From Candidatus Iainarchaeum sp. (GTDB lineage Archaea > Iainarchaeota > Iainarchaeia > Iainarchaeales > DTGL01), in NCBI GenBank assembly GCA_021163505.1, contig JAGGVE010000041.1:1-48434 (forward strand): 48,434 nt of DNA, given 5' to 3'. The notes under the pieces are model-generated. The model was not told where the DNA came from. It worked only from the letters and a program-made list of their open reading frames with translations, and did not search any database. Made by a program: the position numbers and the translations under genes. Numbering within the stretch: position 1 is the stretch's first letter; the number at the start of each line of letters is the position of its first letter. Shown here in pieces: positions 44,673 through 48,434 of the stretch.

Positions 44673-46537
44673 CCTCTTTGGTGAAAAATAGAAGTGCCTG
44701 GATCTTAGTGCTTCTTACCTTCTTTCTGCCGAACCTTGCTGCTTTTTGCATTGATGACCCCAATATTGTGGAACAGCAATACTCTTTTCTGTCCTCATTA
44801 AAGGAGCAACTTATCGAAAAAGAACCGCTTAGATCCGATGATTTGCAAGTGCTGCGTTCGGGAATTATTGCCGAGATTGAGCTTAGCGACAGCTCAGTGA
44901 TTTCTTGGAAAGCTTACAACACAATACCTGTAAAAATAGAGCTAACCTCCAATCAGCTTAAGGGAACTAGGATGTATTATTCGCTTCTTGATTCCCAGCA
45001 AAATTTATTGAATTTTAATGATAGCCTGCTTGTTTGGACATACAACGGAAATGCGATAGTTGATAGTTTTAAAGCTAGAACAGAAGAATGCAGGCATACA
45101 AATATAAACGCAGCGCTTCTCAATCTTCAAAATTTTAATGGGCAGAAAATAGTTGCTTATGCGTTCCTGCCACGCGGTGCAAAGCTGCAGATACATTGCT
45201 TTACTGGTAGTGGGCAATTAAATGTTTATTACTTTGACGGAAGCATGCGAACACTTAAACTTTCCAAGGAAAGCAGCGCAAAGATTGTCACCCTTGGCTA
45301 TTTGGGTACAGAATCTCTTAATATTAGTGATATAATAGAGCTAATAAGAGAAAACAAGGTGTGTGTTGAAAGATCTGCAAATAAGATAAGGTTAAGATGG
45401 AATCCTGAAGCAATATTTTCTGCACAAGGAACAGAACAGCAGCAAGTAACACAAGCACCTTTGGAACCAGATTCCGATAGTGATGGCATTCCCGATACAA
45501 GTGACTCATGCCCAACACAGCCAGAAACGTTCAATGGTTACGATGATGAGGATGGTTGCCCAGATAGGGCACCGACACAACCAACTACTCATCATCTGGA
45601 TTGCGGGCAAGTTGCCTCAGCAAACTCGTTGTCTCAATACAACTTCATCTTTCTTCCGTTGCAGTGGAACGATTCCCTTAATGGTTCTTCTGGAACTTAT
45701 GAAGAAAATGTTGATCGGCAGCTTAATTTCTTCTTACAAAAAACCGGACTTCAGGGTTGCAATAAAATCGCAAAGATTGTAATGAGCAAAGAGGAAGTGC
45801 GCGATTGTGGCTTGGAATCGATAAACCTAAGCTGCATTGATACATCAAGGGCTCCAGCATTAATACTAAAATGCGTACAAAGAAAAAGAGGCATTAACAT
45901 AAATTCAACTAACAACATAGCAATAGCGCTTACAAACACTCCTGATTTGGGTAAAAATATTGGAAGCGGTTGCAGGCCTATTGGTGCAATAACCACCTTC
46001 TTCGGCCAACCGATAATTATAATTGCTACAAGCTATTCGAGCTTTCTCACTTCTCATGAACTGGGCCATAGGTTGTTCTATTTTTGTGACCAGTATAATC
46101 TTGGTGCGTATGTTTATCAGAATTCGATGTTAAAGCGGGCCAATATGCCGAGCTTTTCTCCAGGTTGTCAGAACAAATACCCCGGACCATATAAAATTGT
46201 CAGCGGTATACCTCATGCAATACAGAGGTATAATGTTTTGTATGAGAATGGCAGGCTTATAATAGATAGGCGTGCTTCTGAGAGCTGTCCTCCTTATCCA
46301 AAGTGTTCTTATGAAGTTGGGGGTTTTGTTACGTGTTGCCCAAATGTGAATAAAGCTGCCAAAGGGGTGGATTGTAGCGGAAGGTTCATTCCTCTACAAA
46401 CAGCAGGCGCCACAGCGAATGTAGCAGTTAGCATAATGGGCCCGGTTTTCAAGACAGCGGACGGAAGGGGTGCTAACATTCCGCGCGACTTTGATTGCTT
46501 TGAGAAGGAAGCAATAGCCAGGATAGTGGGGTGCTAA
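44669..46537 (+). CDS. Secreted Cys-rich protein with TSP type-3-like Ca-binding repeats and a zincin HExxH motif
   Basis: 622 aa. Signal-peptide-like 'KNRSAWILVLLTFFLPNLAAF'. Contains 'DSDSDGIPDTSDSCP...YDDEDGCPD' and 'LTSHELGHRLFYFCD', with many Cys in the C-terminal half. Confidence 0.62.
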   Translation: MTSLVKNRSAWILVLLTFFLPNLAAFCIDDPNIVEQQYSFLSSLKEQLIEKEPLRSDDLQVLRSGIIAEIELSDSSVISWKAYNTIPVKIELTSNQLKGTRMYYSLLDSQQNLLNFNDSLLVWTYNGNAIVDSFKARTEECRHTNINAALLNLQNFNGQKIVAYAFLPRGAKLQIHCFTGSGQLNVYYFDGSMRTLKLSKESSAKIVTLGYLGTESLNISDIIELIRENKVCVERSANKIRLRWNPEAIFSAQGTEQQQVTQAPLEPDSDSDGIPDTSDSCPTQPETFNGYDDEDGCPDRAPTQPTTHHLDCGQVASANSLSQYNFIFLPLQWNDSLNGSSGTYEENVDRQLNFFLQKTGLQGCNKIAKIVMSKEEVRDCGLESINLSCIDTSRAPALILKCVQRKRGININSTNNIAIALTNTPDLGKNIGSGCRPIGAITTFFGQPIIIIATSYSSFLTSHELGHRLFYFCDQYNLGAYVYQNSMLKRANMPSFSPGCQNKYPGPYKIVSGIPHAIQRYNVLYENGRLIIDRRASESCPPYPKCSYEVGGFVTCCPNVNKAAKGVDCSGRFIPLQTAGATANVAVSIMGPVFKTADGRGANIPRDFDCFEKEAIARIVGC

Positions 46538-46542
46538 GCTAA

Positions 46543-47220
46543 ATGTTCAAAAAATTTTTAGTGCTTATTGCATACCTAATACTTGTTCAGTTCTGTTTTG
46601 CCCAGCAACTTATGCCTGTGATAATGGTTTCAATAAAGGCCAATGAAGGGAAAATAACTATAAGCGATGTTCGCGTAGTGGTAGATCATTTAAGCGAGCC
46701 TGAAGAAGCTGGCAGACATGTAATAAAACTTAAAGATGACAAAAACAAGACACTTTATCAGCTAAAAGTTTATATGCACGGTGTGGGCTTTCCACCCTAT
46801 GGTGCGGAGATGAGCAAAGAAGAGCTTGAAGAGTTTTACAAATCCCTTGAAGAGAACTTTGAAAAAACCGTTTATTTACCTTATTTGAAAAAGGCCATAT
46901 ACATAACATTAGAAGATTCCAATGGTGAGGTAGCAAGGTTCGATTTAAGTAAGCTCTGCAACAATAATGGCGCTTGTGAAGAAAACGAGAATTACTTAAG
47001 CTGTGCAAGCGATTGCCCGCTGAGCGAAAAAGACGATTACTGCTTACCGTTAAAAGATTCTATATGTGACCCGGATTGCAGCAAAGGTTTAGATTCTGAT
47101 TGTGGTGCTAAGAAGAATATACCCCTATTCATTACATCTAATTATCTATTTTTAGCAATCGCGCTGATTATTGTTGTGATAGCTGCTTACCGAATAACCC
47201 TGCTTAGAAAGAAGAAATAA
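46543..47220 (+). CDS. Secreted Cys-rich protein with C-terminal TM anchor plus basic tail
   Basis: 225 aa. Signal peptide 'MFKKFLVLIAYLILVQFCFAQQ'. Cys module 'CNNNGACEENENYLSCASDCP...CDPDCSKGLDSDC'. C-terminus 'IPLFITSNYLFLAIALIIVVIAAYRITLLRKKK'. Confidence 0.6.
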   Translation: MFKKFLVLIAYLILVQFCFAQQLMPVIMVSIKANEGKITISDVRVVVDHLSEPEEAGRHVIKLKDDKNKTLYQLKVYMHGVGFPPYGAEMSKEELEEFYKSLEENFEKTVYLPYLKKAIYITLEDSNGEVARFDLSKLCNNNGACEENENYLSCASDCPLSEKDDYCLPLKDSICDPDCSKGLDSDCGAKKNIPLFITSNYLFLAIALIIVVIAAYRITLLRKKK

Positions 47221-47238
47221 CTTATCTATTAACTAGAG

Positions 47239-47262
47239 AACAGATTTGAATTCAAATTTGTT
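47239..47262. promoter_or_regulatory. 24-nt near-perfect palindrome AACAGATTTGAATTCAAATTTGTT (possible terminator hairpin or binding site)
   Basis: Starts 19 nt after the 46543..47220 stop. There is one symmetric mismatch pair, which would be G-U in RNA. Confidence 0.35.
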
Positions 47263-47285
47263 ATGTAGACAAATAATATGCAAAT

Positions 47286-47296
47286 TTATACATAAC
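47286..47296 (+). repeat. Exact copy of recurrent 11-mer TTATACATAAC
   Basis: Lies in the roughly 1 kb non-coding region. It forms an inverted pair with the degenerate reverse copy at 47260-47270 (GTTATGTAGAC). Confidence 0.5.
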
Positions 47297-47856
47297 AAAA
47301 CGCTATATCGCAGCCATTAAGGAAGGTTTATTTATGCCTGATTTACGAGCTATAAAGAGCCCAACCTTTAATTTTTACCATATTTTTACACGAATTATTG
47401 GACAAGCGCCTTTTTATTCCATTTTTTGAGCCACTTCTAAAAGCAAAGCATGCACGCTATTTCGACTAAAATAACACCTATTTCGCTAGCATTTCCAGCA
47501 CATTTTTACCATTCTGCTTTGCTGGCTTTTTCTGTACCGTTTTAAGACTCTGTATTTACCTAACTCTTTAGCCCGGATACTTTGCAAGCATTCCACAAAA
47601 ATTTGGAGCGTATTTCTCTGGTCTGTATAAACCTGTGTTGATCTGCTCGCAAATTGGTTTCTAAGATGACTTCTAAGCGCTTTGCACGCCTTTTAAATGC
47701 TAAACTTATACATAATTTCTATTTCCCAAAATACTTGCAGGAAGATGCTATATATGCAGTATAATGCAGATTATACGGCAATATAAGGGCCGAAATGCCT
47801 GAAAATTATGTATAATTATAGAAAATAGCAAAAAGCATGAGTTTTTGGGCAATTTG

Positions 47857-47867
47857 GTTATGTATAA
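47857..47867 (-). repeat. Exact reverse-complement copy (GTTATGTATAA) of the 11-mer TTATACATAAC
   Basis: Lies in the non-coding region. 10/11 copies are also at 47706-47716 (+), 47805-47815 (-) and 48247-48257 (-). Confidence 0.5.
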
Positions 47868-48072
47868 AATTTTATTTCTTCTTTGTGACATTTCTTCTAT
47901 CTTCCTTTTTGCCCAAATAGTTAGGATCGAAAAAGAGATTTCTAAATATATTCCCGTGAGTGGAAAGAAATTCCTCAATATTTGGTCCTTTATTTTTCTT
48001 TATATGCGCATTTTTCCATGCTTTCTAGAATCCTCGCCCAAAAGTTTATCACAGAATCAGCAAAAATGGATT

Positions 48073-48156
48073 GGGTGTGGGTTGAGCCCCAACCTTGGAT
48101 TCAGGTCATTGCGACCTTAGCGCGTTAGCGCTTCCAAGGTCCCAACCACCACACCC
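48073..48156 (-). ncRNA. Candidate structured small RNA (about 84 nt, GC-rich, unclassified; not a canonical tRNA)
   Basis: 8-bp closing helix GGGTGTGG/CCACACCC. Internal helix CTTGGA/TCCAAG encloses two hairpins (AGGTC-5nt-GACCT and AGCGC-4nt-GCGCT), and there is a further hairpin GGTTG-5nt-CAACC. On the minus strand, a TATA-like TTTAAAA sits 25-31 nt upstream (48181-48187) and a T5 run follows within 7-11 nt downstream (48062-48066). Strand call is tentative. Confidence 0.35.
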
Positions 48157-48261
48157 AAAAAATTTATGGAGCGAAATTCATTTTAAAGATTTTTGATTTA
48201 AATTTTAAACCGAATTTATAAATAATGGTTTGATAAATAAACAGATGTTATGTATACATGG

Positions 48262-48434
48262 TTATTTTGGTTTAAGTAGAACAAAGCAGAATTCATCGCT
48301 TGGAATGGTTTCGCGGGCAACCTTTCCAAGCGCTTTGGCATCAATCTCCTTTATCGCTTTGAAATACTCCTGCCAGCTCCAGCCTGAGCGCTCAGCAAAA
48401 ATAGCATCTTTTGCTATTTCTAGCGAATCTTCCC
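48262..48434 (-). CDS. 3' end of an unidentified CDS running off the window
   Basis: An open frame on the minus strand reads '...EDSLEIAKDAIFAERSGWSWQEYFKAIKEIDAKALGKVARETIPSDEFCFVLLKPK*', with the stop at 48262-48264. Not in the ORF track because no start lies in the window. Family not recognisable (vaguely M16-peptidase C-terminus-like). Confidence 0.45.
   Translation of the reverse strand, partial: EDSLEIAKDAIFAERSGWSWQEYFKAIKEIDAKALGKVARETIPSDEFCFVLLKPK

Noticed and set aside
47748-48120. Two overlapping ORFs (76 aa minus, 91 aa plus) in the 1 kb spacer
   Set aside because: Both are Ile/Phe/Leu-rich as expected from random AT-rich DNA, they overlap each other, and they lack RBS-like sequences. 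The plus one runs into the GC-rich RNA-like element.
48073-48156. Interpretation of the GC-rich element as an ordinary tRNA gene
   Set aside because: It has an acceptor-like 7-8 bp helix and a tRNA-like length. However, on neither strand could I place a 7-nt anticodon loop, a GTTCRANY T-loop or a GG-containing D-loop. All hairpin loops are 4-5 nt.

Overview
AT-rich, gene-dense chromosomal segment (about 46 CDS) that I read as archaeal, probably a small-genome DPANN-like lineage (inference). Archaeal markers are Pus10, archaeal-type DtdA, archaemetzincin, isopentenyl phosphate kinase, AcnX-type phosphomevalonate dehydratase, a RecJ/GAN-like DHH protein, an XerA-like recombinase and TATA-box-like promoters. 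Two metabolic islands dominate. (1) 1.0-11.9 kb holds a glycogen / lower-glycolysis island: debranching enzyme, eukaryote-type GT3 glycogen synthase, GH57, a second GT-B glucosyltransferase, PGK, class I GAPDH, phosphohexomutase and a GalT-family enzyme. (2) 29.7-42.8 kb holds an almost complete archaeal (trans-anhydromevalonate-phosphate) mevalonate pathway in two adjacent operons: class II HMG-CoA reductase, HMG-CoA synthase, thiolase, DUF35, then HD protein, MVK, UbiX, UbiD-like, AcnX large and small, IPK, HAD, a TM protein and IDI2. A eukaryote-like GGPP synthase sits at 21.1 kb. Several genes are bacterial-type in this archaeal background (CoaD/CoaE, class I GAPDH, class II HMGR). The unexplained material is: ORFans with basic 'MPxKP' N-termini, coiled-coil proteins (one with a roughly 100-aa Lys-rich tail, one with an ESCRT-III/PspA-like N-terminus), and a wHTH plus secreted Cys-rich zincin/TSP3 module. 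At the 3' end there is a roughly 1 kb non-coding region packed with copies of the 11-mer TTATACATAAC in both orientations, plus a GC-rich 84-nt structured-RNA candidate. I saw no CRISPR array, rRNA, canonical tRNA or obvious defence system. All calls come from reading motifs by eye; no searches were run.
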